A DNA stretch of 64,000 nt from Myxococcota bacterium (GCA_041288095.1 JBGGMJ010000188.1:1-64000); one strand, 5' to 3'; shown: positions 27,697 to 37,717, numbered from the stretch's first letter. Numbers and translations: made by a program. Notes: a model not told the origin generated them from the letters alone.

Positions 27697-29226
27697 TCAG
27701 GCCCGCAGCAGGAACGGCAGCGGCTGCGCGTCTTTGACGTCCGGGAACTGCAAGTAGCTGTCCGGGATCTTGAGCGCCCTCGTTACTGTCCGCCATACCG
27801 CACTGCCCGGGACGCGACCGGCGTTGGTCGTGACGCCGGTGGCGACGCGCGCGCCGCTCGTCAGATCGGGCATGTGGTAAGCGTACACGTGACCATCGCC
27901 GTCGTTACCAGCGACCGAGATGTCGCCGTAGTAGCCACCACGCACCATGCCACCCGCGAGGATGATGGTGTTCTTGCCTTCGTCGCCAACGGAGTTGGCC
28001 GCCGGAGCGCGGCTGCCGTCGACGGTGTAGACCGCTATCACGGTGCGGTCGTAGATACCGGCTTCCTTGAGCTTGGTGATCAAGCGCGCCAGCGGGAGCG
28101 CGATCTGCTTGGCTTGGATGCGAACCTGCGCCTCTGGCCGTGTATCGTGCATGTCGACATAGTCGAACTCGATGGCGACGGTGCGGCAAAGATCGTTCGA
28201 TACCAGCTTGAAGGCCCACGCGACTTGTTCCCAGATCTGAGAGGGCGAGGTCACGGATATCTGGTCGGGAACGCCGGCGCTCCAGTAGGCGGTCTCCTCA
28301 GCGGTGAGCGGCAGGCTGATGACGCGTGGCGCGGTCGCGTGAAGTAGCCGCTGCGCCTCGTCGAGGTTGGCGCTGTGCTGCACGCCACCGGTGCTTGCGA
28401 TCTTGCGCTTGGCGAGGAAGGTCGGGTCGATGCGTCGCAGGATGTTGGTGAGGGCGTGGGCCTCCTCGGGCCTCGCCAGCACGTTCAGATTTTCGATGCT
28501 GTCGGGAAAGTGAGCGAAGAGCTCCTCGCGGCTGCGCAAGCGGTCGACCTCGGCGTTCGGAAGGCCCGCGCCGTAGTGGTAGACGGTGTGCGCCGAACGG
28601 CCGACGCCCTTGAAAGCGATGCCAACCTTCGTCTCTTGGTCGATGACCTTCGCGTAGTGGCTGTGCAGCGCCGCCACGGTTGGTGTCGCCGCGTAGTAGG
28701 CCTCGCAGCCCTGCGGATGGTTCGAGCCGCGTTCGTTGATGAACATCGGCCCGTAGCCGGGCTTGTTCGTTTGTTTGGTGCGGCCGGGCGAGCGCAGCGG
28801 GTTCGCCGACTCGTGGCCGTGAATGTCGCCCGCCGACAGCTCGCAGCAGTCGATCATCGCGATGGTGCCGACGTGCGGCTCGAGCTCCAGCGAGTCGTTG
28901 GTGAGAAAGATGTCGGTTCCCGGGACCTGTTTGATCTCGGACTGCGGCGCGTAGATGGCGGCGAGGCGACCAGTCGAGCCACGACGGAGGTTCACGTCGC
29001 GCGCCAGCGACGGCGCCATGAAGACGTGGCCGTGATCCCATTGATCACGCAGGTTGATCTCGATGAAGTACATGGGCTCCGGCGCGGTTTGCGCGTGCGC
29101 TTTGCCCATCAGCAGCTCACTGGCGGCGAGCCGCGTGGCGACCGGTAAGGCGGCCGTGGCACCGAGGATCTTGAGCAGGCGGCGGCGGTCGACGACGGAC
29201 ATGCCGTTGATCTCGTGGATCTTCAT
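27697..29226 (-). CDS. Tat-exported DUF1501/DUF1552-like protein
   Basis: DRRRLLK...AHA twin-arginine signal; D-x-H-D motif; LITKLKEAGIYDRTVIAV and ILAGGMVRGG.YG C-terminus. Confidence 0.75.
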   Translation of the reverse strand: MKIHEINGMSVVDRRRLLKILGATAALPVATRLAASELLMGKAHAQTAPEPMYFIEINLRDQWDHGHVFMAPSLARDVNLRRGSTGRLAAIYAPQSEIKQVPGTDIFLTNDSLELEPHVGTIAMIDCCELSAGDIHGHESANPLRSPGRTKQTNKPGYGPMFINERGSNHPQGCEAYYAATPTVAALHSHYAKVIDQETKVGIAFKGVGRSAHTVYHYGAGLPNAEVDRLRSREELFAHFPDSIENLNVLARPEEAHALTNILRRIDPTFLAKRKIASTGGVQHSANLDEAQRLLHATAPRVISLPLTAEETAYWSAGVPDQISVTSPSQIWEQVAWAFKLVSNDLCRTVAIEFDYVDMHDTRPEAQVRIQAKQIALPLARLITKLKEAGIYDRTVIAVYTVDGSRAPAANSVGDEGKNTIILAGGMVRGGYYGDISVAGNDGDGHVYAYHMPDLTSGARVATGVTTNAGRVPGSAVWRTVTRALKIPDSYLQFPDVKDAQPLPFLLRA

Positions 29227-30371
29227 GGCGCGGCCTCCTTGGGTACGACGGAGCGGACGATCCGCGAGTTGCTGAAGGTCTCGACCGCGATGGTGGCGAG
29301 CGACGGATCGGCGACGACGGCCCGCGCCGCCTCGGTCACCGCGTTCAGCGTGTCTTCGTCTACCCTGGTGCTGCCGTCGACCGCTAAAGCATATTCAACG
29401 AGATTGCGGGAGCTGCAGGCCACGAACTGCGGGCTCTGTGCCAGCACCTTGGCGGCGGCCGCGAGGTCTTGCACGACGGTGCCCATCATCTGCGATTGCT
29501 CGCTCGCCGCCTGGGCCGTGTTCTGGAAGTGCGAGGCGTAGAGCCCGTTGAGCGAGCGTCCGAGCTCGGCATCGGGCCCAGTGTCTTGCTGGCCGGTGGC
29601 GGCGGCTTGCCACAAGCCACTTTCGTCGAAGCGCACGAACACCTGGGCGTGCACCGCGAACTGACCATGACAGGTGTAGCATTGTTCGCCGTTACCGAAG
29701 CCCGAGCGTGCGCGGTCGTCCGTCTGGTCGGCGAGCGACTCGACTTGGAACATCTTGATGAGCTGCTCGCGCTCGACGCGCGGCTGCATCTCGGTGTCCA
29801 TGGGATAGCGACTGCAGGCGAAGGCGAGCATCATGGTGCTGGCGCGGGTCAGGTTGAAGCGTCCGGCGCGGCTAGCCAGATAGGCGCGGGTGCCGAGGAC
29901 GCCGGCGGCGAAGGGAGCACCGGTGTCGCAAGCGCCCTTGTTGCCGAAGGCGTCGACACAATAGTCGGCGGTGAGGATCGTCGAATACGGCAGGTTGTTG
30001 GCGGCAATGTACGCGGCGAGGTTCCCCGGCAGATCGAAGTCGATGCCGTCACGCTCGCCGCTCACCAGGAGCTTTTGCGAAATCATGTCGCGGGCGGCGT
30101 GCTGGAAGTACGAGTCTTTCGTCCAAGCGTCGACTACGGCGCGCACGGAGGTGGTGGGATCTTGCGCAATGCGGGCGAGCTCTTCGTCGTTGAGGACCCT
30201 TCCCGCGAGCATCGGCGCTAGGCGCGCGAGATATGTCGTCGCCTGGGGCGCGGTCAGCACGAAGACCTCGGCGGGCTGTCGTGGCCCGGTCGGCGCTTGC
30301 TCCACCGGCGGCAGCTTTTCCATCTCCTGACAGGCGCTGAGAAGCGTGATGGTGAGGATAAGGCGCTTCAT
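29223..30371 (-). CDS. Lipoprotein with a single CxxCH heme c motif (DUF1588/1585-like)
   Basis: LLSA-C lipobox; AGVLGTRAYL; CYTCH; C-terminal LAQSPQFVAC. Confidence 0.7.
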   Translation of the reverse strand: MKRLILTITLLSACQEMEKLPPVEQAPTGPRQPAEVFVLTAPQATTYLARLAPMLAGRVLNDEELARIAQDPTTSVRAVVDAWTKDSYFQHAARDMISQKLLVSGERDGIDFDLPGNLAAYIAANNLPYSTILTADYCVDAFGNKGACDTGAPFAAGVLGTRAYLASRAGRFNLTRASTMMLAFACSRYPMDTEMQPRVEREQLIKMFQVESLADQTDDRARSGFGNGEQCYTCHGQFAVHAQVFVRFDESGLWQAAATGQQDTGPDAELGRSLNGLYASHFQNTAQAASEQSQMMGTVVQDLAAAAKVLAQSPQFVACSSRNLVEYALAVDGSTRVDEDTLNAVTEAARAVVADPSLATIAVETFSNSRIVRSVVPKEAAP

Positions 30372-30922
30372 TGGGCGACGAACTCGAGCGACGAGAGCAC
30401 CGCAAGGCAGGTGGTGGCGTCGCGCTCTTCGCCGGTGAGACCGTTCAGGACATCGCCGAAAACCGCGATCTCGTCTTGGGTGAGCGTGCGGCCGGTCGCC
30501 GCCTTGTAGAAGCCGTCGAGGTCGCGCCCCGAGAGGTCAGGGAAGCGCTGCGCCATGTCCGCTGAGGCGCACACCGGCTTCAGGCTGTCGACCCAGTTGC
30601 TCATGCGCGACGCCGACCATTGGGTGTCGGCGACCAAGCCGTTCGCGAAGTCGTAGTCGCCGAGCTGATAGCGGCGGCTCAATAGCTCAGCGAACATGGC
30701 GTCGCTGGTCGATTTGCCGACGACCGCGGCAACCTTGGCGAGGCGAACGCTGAACGGCAGGAGGCGTACTTGCACCGCCGCTTGCGTGTACGCCGGCACG
30801 TTGATTTCGGCCGAGGGGTCCGGCGTGGTCTCGGGGACGAGCTGCGACTCCGGAGCATCGCCGATGGCGCCGTCACAGGCGGCAGTGAGCCCGATCCCGA
30901 GCACCAAGAGAACACGGCGCAT
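30368..30922 (-). CDS. Hypothetical lipoprotein (DUF1595-like C-terminus)
   Basis: LTAA-C lipobox; FYKAATGRTLT..E and CLAVLSSLEF; ATGA coupling to the next gene. Confidence 0.7.
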   Translation of the reverse strand: MRRVLLVLGIGLTAACDGAIGDAPESQLVPETTPDPSAEINVPAYTQAAVQVRLLPFSVRLAKVAAVVGKSTSDAMFAELLSRRYQLGDYDFANGLVADTQWSASRMSNWVDSLKPVCASADMAQRFPDLSGRDLDGFYKAATGRTLTQDEIAVFGDVLNGLTGEERDATTCLAVLSSLEFVAQ

Positions 30923-31003
30923 GGCTAAGCTACACGAGCACACATCGTGCGGGTCACCCCCGGCACCCGACGACGTGTCAGGGTAGCCATGCGCCGAGCG
31001 CTC

Positions 31004-31366
31004 TCAACCAAGCTTCTTCTTGAGGTGCTCGATCACCTCGTTCATGGGCCCGCTCGGGCTGAGCTCGATGGCCTCGTAGTCTTCGTCGACCCAAACCGTG
31101 TGACCCGGCGGCCAGTAGTAGGCCTCGCCGGCCCGCACCGTTTCCTCCTTGCCGTCGGCGTAACGCACGTGAATCGACCCTTTGACGACCGTGCCCCAGT
31201 GCGGCACCGAGCAAAGATTGCCCGGAAGGCCCTGCAAGAGCGGGGTGGCGTTGGCGCCCGCCGGGAAGCGAATACGCGCGACGTTCAAGTCGCCCCAGTC
31301 CTGGGCCTGAATGCACACGCCGCCGGCTTCGAGGCGCGTCGGCATGTCGATGAGCTTGTCCTTCAT
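31004..31366 (-). CDS. Cupin domain protein
   Basis: C..PHWG.V..G.I.V.Y.DG.EE...AGEAYYWPPGH pattern. Confidence 0.85.
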   Translation of the reverse strand: MKDKLIDMPTRLEAGGVCIQAQDWGDLNVARIRFPAGANATPLLQGLPGNLCSVPHWGTVVKGSIHVRYADGKEETVRAGEAYYWPPGHTVWVDEDYEAIELSPSGPMNEVIEHLKKKLG

Positions 31367-31456
31367 GATGGGCTCCGTGGTTCGAGAGGGCCTTCGCGGG
31401 CCCTCGGTTCAGCCCCCTGGTCTAGCGGCGGCGAGCCGGGCTAGCTTGAAGAGCTC

Positions 31457-31476
31457 CTGGAGATTTGCTGGAGATT
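31457..31476. promoter_or_regulatory. Tandem direct repeat, candidate wHTH operator
   Basis: CTGGAGATT twice at 11-bp period between the divergent cupin and regulator genes. Confidence 0.45.
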
Positions 31477-31488
31477 GCAGAACCGCCC

Positions 31489-33039
31489 GTGATCTACCGC
31501 TTCGACCACTACCGCTTGAACACCGCCACCCAGGAGCTGCACGCCGGGGAGGAGCTGGTCGAGCTCGAGCCGCAGGTCTTCGCGTTGCTGGTGCTGCTCA
31601 TCGAGAACCGCGAGCGGGTGGTCGGCAAGGACGAGCTGGTTAGCCGCATCTGGCGGGACCGCGTGGTGTCCGACGCCGCCATTTCGAGCCGCGTCAAATC
31701 GGCGCGCAAGGCGGTCAGCGACGACGGCAGCGCTCAGCGTCTCATCCGCACCATCCACGGCGTGGGCTTTCGCTTCGTCGGAGCCGTCGAGTCCGCCGTA
31801 GCGGTCGATGTGGCCGCCCCTTCCCGCGCTGTCGAGACGAGCAGCGACCCTACGTCGATGCGGCCATCCATCGCCGTGCTGCCCTTCGCACCCTCGGGCG
31901 ATCCCGCGCTCGTGTCCACGATGGCGGATGCGATCCCCTACGATATCCTGGTCGAGCTGTCGCGACTGCGCTGGCTGTTCGTCACCGCGCGCGCCTCCTC
32001 CTTCCAGTTCAGGCCGCCGGTGCCATCGCTCGAGGCCGTGCGCGCGAAGCTCGGCGTCGGTTACGTCCTCTCCGGCGCGGTCGACGTCGACGGCAAGCGC
32101 ATCAGCGTCTCGGTGACTCTCGACGACTTGAAACGCGGTGGCGTTCTCTGGGGCGACCGCTATAGCGGCAGCGTCGACGATATTCACGCCGTGCGCGAGC
32201 GCATCGTCACGGCGGTGGTGACGGCGCTTGACCTGCGGATCCCGGGAAACGAAGCACGTCACGCCCTCGCCACCCCCGAAAACCTCGACGCTTGGTCGGC
32301 CTACCACGTCGGGCTGCACCACATGTACCGCTTCGACAAGGAAGGAAATCGCCAGGCGGCGCACTACTTCAATCGCGCCATCACGCTCGAGCCCAGCTTC
32401 GCGCGCGCCTACGCGGGTCTCTCGTTCGCGCTCTTCGAGGACGCGTTTCTGCGAGTCACCGACGACGTGCCCGCGGCGGTCACCTTGGCCCGGCGCTACG
32501 CCGAGGACGGGCTCAATCGCGACGCACTCGATCCGTTCTGCAACCTGGTGATGGGGCGTGCCCTCTGGCTGACCGGCGACCACGAGAGCAGCTTGCCGTG
32601 GCTCGAGCGCGCCGTGACCCTGAATCCGAGCTATGCGCAAGGCAAGTACTCCCGCGGTCTGACCGAGGCGCTCATCGGCGCCACGCGCGATGCACGCGGT
32701 AACGCCGACGAAGCCATGCAGCTCAGCCCGCTCGACCCACTGCTCTACGGAATGTTCGGCGTGCGAGCGCTTGGTCATCTCGGAGACGGCGACCTGGTCG
32801 AAGCGTTGCCATGGGCCGAGCGCGCCGCACGCGCACCGCGCGCTCACGCTTTCATCGCGCTCATTGCCGCCGTCGCCAATCAGGTGAACGGTGAGACCGT
32901 GAAGGCCAACGGATGGGTCGCCTCGGCGCGCTCACGTCACCCGGGGATCAGCGGCGCCGACTTCCTCGCCACCTTCCCGTTTCGCGATGAGCGCATGCGC
33001 GGACTCATGTCGCAGGCGTTGCGGCGCCTCGGTCTCTGA
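31489..33039 (+). CDS. OmpR/CadC-type winged-helix regulator with TolB-like and TPR domains
   Basis: LEPQVFALL..LIENRERVV.KDEL, IRTIHGVGFRF and PSIAVLPF motifs; TPR-like C-terminus. Confidence 0.9.
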   Translation: MIYRFDHYRLNTATQELHAGEELVELEPQVFALLVLLIENRERVVGKDELVSRIWRDRVVSDAAISSRVKSARKAVSDDGSAQRLIRTIHGVGFRFVGAVESAVAVDVAAPSRAVETSSDPTSMRPSIAVLPFAPSGDPALVSTMADAIPYDILVELSRLRWLFVTARASSFQFRPPVPSLEAVRAKLGVGYVLSGAVDVDGKRISVSVTLDDLKRGGVLWGDRYSGSVDDIHAVRERIVTAVVTALDLRIPGNEARHALATPENLDAWSAYHVGLHHMYRFDKEGNRQAAHYFNRAITLEPSFARAYAGLSFALFEDAFLRVTDDVPAAVTLARRYAEDGLNRDALDPFCNLVMGRALWLTGDHESSLPWLERAVTLNPSYAQGKYSRGLTEALIGATRDARGNADEAMQLSPLDPLLYGMFGVRALGHLGDGDLVEALPWAERAARAPRAHAFIALIAAVANQVNGETVKANGWVASARSRHPGISGADFLATFPFRDERMRGLMSQALRRLGL

Positions 33040-33046
33040 GCAGGCC

Positions 33047-34291
33047 ATGACGGCATGGGGCCATGTTGCCGCGGTGACGGCGCCGCTGTTGTTGGTCGCG
33101 GCGACGGCGAGCGCCTTCTCGGTGTCGCGCACTGACTCGAATCACATCATCAAGTGGTACGATCGTGATTTGATCATCAACCTCCAGGTCGATGCTGACG
33201 GCCCGACACGCCTGGCACCGGGCTACACCTACGCCGATGTTTCGGCGGCGATGCAGAGCGCCGTGCGCTCGTGGAACAACATCAACTGCAGCGCTATCGA
33301 GCTGCGCATCACCAGCACGACGACGTCGACCACCAATGCAGCGTCCGACGGAGTCAGCGGCATCGACGGTATCAGCCGGGCGGTGTGGATCGAGCAGGCT
33401 GCGAGGTACCCCTACAGCGCGGAAGTCCTCGCTGTGACCGCGCCGGTATTTTTCCAGGACGGCACCATCGTCGAGGCAGACGTCATCTTCAATGGCGTGG
33501 ACGATGACTGGGCTGTCTACGCGAACCTTGCCGCCGTGCCTGGCGGTTCGACCGACGGCCAGGCGGTCGACATCGAGAGCGTCGCGGCGCACGAGCTCGG
33601 GCACCTCATCGGCCTGGGCCACGTCTTGGATGGCGCCGCCTTGCCCGAGCCACCGACCATGACCCCGACGATCGATCCGCAACTGCGGACGCGGACGCTC
33701 GATCAGGACGACCAAAACGGCGCATGTTTCTTCTATCCCGCGGGCGGCGGCACGACCAACCCATGTAGCAGCGATGCCCAGTGTCCCGAGCTCATTGCGA
33801 GCCTTGGCGACTCCGAGCAGATCGTCGACCGATCGAGTTGCAGCGACGGCGCTTGCACGAAGATCGAGGATGTACCGTGTGGCGCCGGCAACCCAGGGGA
33901 GCGTTGCTGCAGCGACAACTGCAACAGCGGGCTCAAATGCCAATCCGTCGGCGGTGAAAATAGCTATTGCGCCGCGAGCTGCAACACGACGTTCCCGCTC
34001 CAGTGCCCGGCCGGGTTCACCTGTCTGGCGTTCACGCCCGGCACGCAGGGTATGTGCATCTCGCAAGTGTTGCTTGGCTGCGCCTGCGACACGAACGACG
34101 ACTGCACGCCCCCATGCGCCTGTGACAGTGACTGCGGTAGCCCCGTGACCACCGGCGGCGCGCGAATCAGCGATGTTGGCTGCGGCGCCGGCGGCAACGT
34201 TGCACTCTGGAGCCTGCTGCTTCCGGCCCTGCTCTCGAAGCGCGCGCGCCGGCGGCCCGTGTCACAGGCGCGCGGCGCAACGCCGTCGTGA
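33047..34291 (+). CDS. Matrixin (M10) family metalloprotease with Cys-rich region and MYXO-CTERM-like tail
   Basis: Signal peptide; HELGHLIGLGH; Met-turn TMTP; GC...hydrophobic...KRARRR C-terminus. Confidence 0.85.
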   Translation: MTAWGHVAAVTAPLLLVAATASAFSVSRTDSNHIIKWYDRDLIINLQVDADGPTRLAPGYTYADVSAAMQSAVRSWNNINCSAIELRITSTTTSTTNAASDGVSGIDGISRAVWIEQAARYPYSAEVLAVTAPVFFQDGTIVEADVIFNGVDDDWAVYANLAAVPGGSTDGQAVDIESVAAHELGHLIGLGHVLDGAALPEPPTMTPTIDPQLRTRTLDQDDQNGACFFYPAGGGTTNPCSSDAQCPELIASLGDSEQIVDRSSCSDGACTKIEDVPCGAGNPGERCCSDNCNSGLKCQSVGGENSYCAASCNTTFPLQCPAGFTCLAFTPGTQGMCISQVLLGCACDTNDDCTPPCACDSDCGSPVTTGGARISDVGCGAGGNVALWSLLLPALLSKRARRRPVSQARGATPS

Positions 34292-34303
34292 GCCCCTCGA
34301 TAC
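34277..34303 (+). promoter_or_regulatory. sigma28-like motif
   Basis: GCAA-N15-CTCGATAC, ending 8 nt before ATG 34312. Confidence 0.65.
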
Positions 34304-34311
34304 TGTCCGCC

Positions 34312-34848
34312 ATGGATATCCAGTTTCGTCGCGCCATTGGCGCGCTACCTGTCGTCGCCGCGTCATCGTCATCATCAGCGCGCGAGCGTGCGCTCCCCGC
34401 GCCGCCGCCATCGCCGTTGCCCGCAAGCTCTCGCTTTGCGCAACTGGACCGCGCCAAGGCGCCAGCGCTGGTCAGCGCCGGCCGGGATGCGGCCCTCGGC
34501 GCCCACCCGCTGGTCGGCAACTGGGTCATGCACATTTACCTCACCGACGAGCAGGGCAAGCCCGTGCTCTTTGACGACCTCCTGCGGGTCGAACAAGGCC
34601 CCAACGGCCTCACCGGCGAGCTCGAGGTCCCCGACCGCTTCAAGGCGAAGCTTCGCACCGTCGAGACCTCCGGCGACAAGTTCTACATCGACATCGAGGC
34701 CGTCGAGCGCGGCAACAAGATCGAAGTGAAGTACGAAGGGGTCTTCCACCCGACCAAGGACACGTTCATCGGCTTCGCCCACGTGCTGCCGGGGAACGAG
34801 CTCCTCGGCGGCTTCGTCGGCCAGCGACTAGCGTCCGCGACGCGCTAA
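34312..34848 (+). CDS. Hypothetical protein: disordered leader plus beta-rich domain
   Basis: S/P/A-rich first ~60 aa, then LVGNWVMHIY... with alternating beta strands. Confidence 0.75.
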   Translation: MDIQFRRAIGALPVVAASSSSSARERALPAPPPSPLPASSRFAQLDRAKAPALVSAGRDAALGAHPLVGNWVMHIYLTDEQGKPVLFDDLLRVEQGPNGLTGELEVPDRFKAKLRTVETSGDKFYIDIEAVERGNKIEVKYEGVFHPTKDTFIGFAHVLPGNELLGGFVGQRLASATR

Positions 34849-34871
34849 AATAGAGCGTACCGGTCGCTTCG

Positions 34872-35966
34872 CTAGTTGGCCGCGACCGGTCGCTGCACCT
34901 GCGCGCCGCCTTCGTCACGCTCGTCGCCGTTGGCGATGACCGCCGCTTGCGCCTCGCGTACGCGCTCACGCATCTCGACGCGCCTCAGGTTCACCTCGCC
35001 GTCGCGCGTGACACGCGAGAACAGCGTCACCTGCGGCTGGAACAAGAAGAGCAGCCAGAGCTTGGTGTACGAGTTGTAAGACTGGAGCGTGTCGTACATC
35101 TCGGGCGCCAGCTTCTTGAGCGCCGGCAAGCGGTGCCACGGCACGAACGGAAAGTCGTGGTGCTCGTTATGGTAGCCGACGTTGAGCGCCAGGATGTTCG
35201 CCGGTCCGTAATAGCTGCCGGTCTCCTGGTTGTGCTCCCAGGTGAGGTAGTGCTCTTGGATCCAGCGCGCGCCGGCGGGATGCGGGCCGATGCTGAAGAT
35301 GAGCGACGCGCCCATGTAGAGGATCGCCATCGGGCCAAAGAAGTAGAGGATGGCGGCGTCGAACGCGAACGAGAGGGCGATGTTGGTGATGACGCCCGGG
35401 GTCACGAACGAGATGTTCCCCGCCTTCGAGAAGCGAATGACGCGCAGCGATTGGAAGATGGGGAAGAAGAGCTGCCAGAGGAGCTTGCCGAAGATGGACG
35501 AGCCGATGAGCTTCGCCTCCCAGTGCGAGGGCAGGTCGGCATCGAGCAGGTAGTCACCCTGAAACTTGTGGTGCTTCAGGTGATAGATGCGGAACGATTC
35601 CGCGGAGGGCACGAGCATCGGCAGGTTCGCGAGAATGCCGAAGGCGCGGTTGGTCCACTTCTCTTTGTTGATGAGGTTGTGCGTCGCTTCATGGATGAGG
35701 ACCCACAAACAATGGGTCGCCCAAGCGCCGACGACCCACGCGACCGCGAGCACGAGCCACCACGGTTGATTGCGCAAGGCGAAGGCGAGACCGACCTGCA
35801 AAGCGACGACGCCGCTGACGATCAGCGCCGAGAGCGGCTGGCGGCCGAAGAGCTTACGAACTTCGGGGTGATCCTCGAGGATCTTGCGCGCCCGGTCGCG
35901 GTGGGGCTCGGGGTACTCGACGTGGGTGAACTTCTTGCCACGGAGGGGGGCAGCGGCAGTTTCCAT
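34872..35966 (-). CDS. Sphingolipid delta(4)-desaturase/C4-hydroxylase-like (DES1/DEGS) fatty acid desaturase
   Basis: N-terminal EPHRDR..IL..HPEV.KLFG; His boxes HEATH, HLKHH and HNEHH; ET.SYYG..N.L..NVGY. Confidence 0.85.
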   Translation of the reverse strand: METAAAPLRGKKFTHVEYPEPHRDRARKILEDHPEVRKLFGRQPLSALIVSGVVALQVGLAFALRNQPWWLVLAVAWVVGAWATHCLWVLIHEATHNLINKEKWTNRAFGILANLPMLVPSAESFRIYHLKHHKFQGDYLLDADLPSHWEAKLIGSSIFGKLLWQLFFPIFQSLRVIRFSKAGNISFVTPGVITNIALSFAFDAAILYFFGPMAILYMGASLIFSIGPHPAGARWIQEHYLTWEHNQETGSYYGPANILALNVGYHNEHHDFPFVPWHRLPALKKLAPEMYDTLQSYNSYTKLWLLFLFQPQVTLFSRVTRDGEVNLRRVEMRERVREAQAAVIANGDERDEGGAQVQRPVAAN

Positions 35967-36005
35967 GGCGCCTAATGCGATTCCGAAGGGCTTTTCGTCA
36001 AGCCA

Positions 36006-37028
36006 TTAAGGGACCAGGACGACCTTCCCCGTGTTCTTGCGGTCCTGGATGTAATGGTGCGCCGCGGCGGCCTCCGCGAGGGGGAAAGTTTGGCCGACAT
36101 GCGGGCGTATCTTGCCTTCGCGCGCCCACGCCATGATCTGCCGCATCCAGCCGGCGACTAGGTCTTGCTGCTTCCACAGGTGGCCGAGGTTCACACCAAT
36201 CACCGCCTTATTGGCATTCATAAGTGCGATGGGGCTGAACTGGAGCCACGGGACCTTCACGAAGTTGGTGAGCGCCGCCATGACGTTGCGGCCTTTGCTT
36301 TGCGCGGCACCGGAAAAGCCGATGCAGGCAAGACGGCCGGTGGGTGCGAGGACCGCCATGCTCTTGGTCCACGACTCGCCGCCAATGGGGTCGATGACGA
36401 GGTGCACGCCTTCGCCGTTGGTCAGGCGCATGACCTCGCTCTCGAAGTCCTGAGTACGGTAGTCGATGCAGTGATGCACTCCGCGATCGCGGAGGAACGG
36501 ATGTTTGGCGGCGCTTGCCGTGCCGTAGATCTCGGCGCCGACGATGCGCGCGATGTCGATTGCGGCGAGGCCGACACCGCCCGCGGCGCCGTGGATGAGG
36601 ATGCGCTCGCGCGCCTTGAGAGCGCCCATGACGACCATCGTCTGATAAGCGGTCACGCCGTTCACCGGCAGGGCGACCGCCTCCGGGAAGGTCATATTGT
36701 CCGGAATAGCGAACACCTGGCGCGGCGACACGCAGACGACATCGGAGTAGCCGCCGAAGCGGCAGAGTGCGACCACTTTGTCGCCCACCTTGAAGCCCGA
36801 AGACGGATCGTCGAGCTTGTCGATGATCCCGGCGACCTCGTAACCGACGACACAGGGCATGGGCGGCGCGTCGGGATAGACGCCGATGCGAGCCATGATG
36901 TCGGCGAAGTTGATGCCGCAAGCCTGCACCTGGATGCGCAGCTGGCCCGGCCCCGGCTCGGGGTCGCGGTCTTCGCGGAGCTGCAACACCTCGGGCGGGC
37001 CGACGCGGGTGATCCAAACCTGACGCAT
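36006..37028 (-). CDS. VAT-1-like zinc-independent MDR oxidoreductase
   Basis: GINFADIMAR.G.YP, HGAAGGVG and RKNTGKVVL motifs. Confidence 0.88.
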   Translation of the reverse strand: MRQVWITRVGPPEVLQLREDRDPEPGPGQLRIQVQACGINFADIMARIGVYPDAPPMPCVVGYEVAGIIDKLDDPSSGFKVGDKVVALCRFGGYSDVVCVSPRQVFAIPDNMTFPEAVALPVNGVTAYQTMVVMGALKARERILIHGAAGGVGLAAIDIARIVGAEIYGTASAAKHPFLRDRGVHHCIDYRTQDFESEVMRLTNGEGVHLVIDPIGGESWTKSMAVLAPTGRLACIGFSGAAQSKGRNVMAALTNFVKVPWLQFSPIALMNANKAVIGVNLGHLWKQQDLVAGWMRQIMAWAREGKIRPHVGQTFPLAEAAAAHHYIQDRKNTGKVVLVP

Positions 37029-37045
37029 GCTATGGTCGCTCCCTC

Positions 37046-37717
37046 ATGAGTCTGCGCATCGAATCACACACCTTGGGCGTCTTCGGCGTGAACGTGTACC
37101 TCGTCACCGACGAGGTGACTGGCACACAAGCGATCATCGACACCAGCGAGACCGACGAAGTCCTCGAGCTTTTCAAAGACAGCAATCCTTCCTTGATTCT
37201 GCTCACCCACGCGCATCTTGACCACGCCGGTGCGTTGCCTTTTTTGCAAGAACGTTTCCCGAACGCGACGACGGTGTTGCCGCGGCTCGAGCAAGAGTTC
37301 TTCATGACGTTGAAGCAGCAAGGCTCGTGGTTCGGCTCGCCCCACCTGAACCGTCCGCTCGGGCGGATTGACCGCCTCGTCGACGATGGTGATGTTATCG
37401 GCGTGGGCGCGACGTCATTGAAGTTCCTCTCCACGCCCGGACACACGCCGGGCATGGGCTGCTTCTACGATGACCACGACATCTTCGTCGGCGACACGCT
37501 CTTCGCCGGCAGCATCGGCCGCACCGATCTGCCGACCGGCAACCCCGCGCTCATGAAGGCGAGCCTGAAGAAGCTCCTGGCGCTCCCAGGGCACCTCCGT
37601 GTTCACAGTGGCCACGGTCCGATGACGACGCTCGGCGAAGAGCTCGCGACCAATCCTTTCCTCGGCTTCATCCGTGCCGAGCGCGGCATCGACGGCGACG
37701 ACGGAGTCGACTGGTGA
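37046..37717 (+). CDS. MBL-fold hydrolase (glyoxalase II-like)
   Basis: THAHLDH, PGHTPG, GDTLFAGSIGRTDL and SGHG motifs. Confidence 0.9.
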   Translation: MSLRIESHTLGVFGVNVYLVTDEVTGTQAIIDTSETDEVLELFKDSNPSLILLTHAHLDHAGALPFLQERFPNATTVLPRLEQEFFMTLKQQGSWFGSPHLNRPLGRIDRLVDDGDVIGVGATSLKFLSTPGHTPGMGCFYDDHDIFVGDTLFAGSIGRTDLPTGNPALMKASLKKLLALPGHLRVHSGHGPMTTLGEELATNPFLGFIRAERGIDGDDGVDW

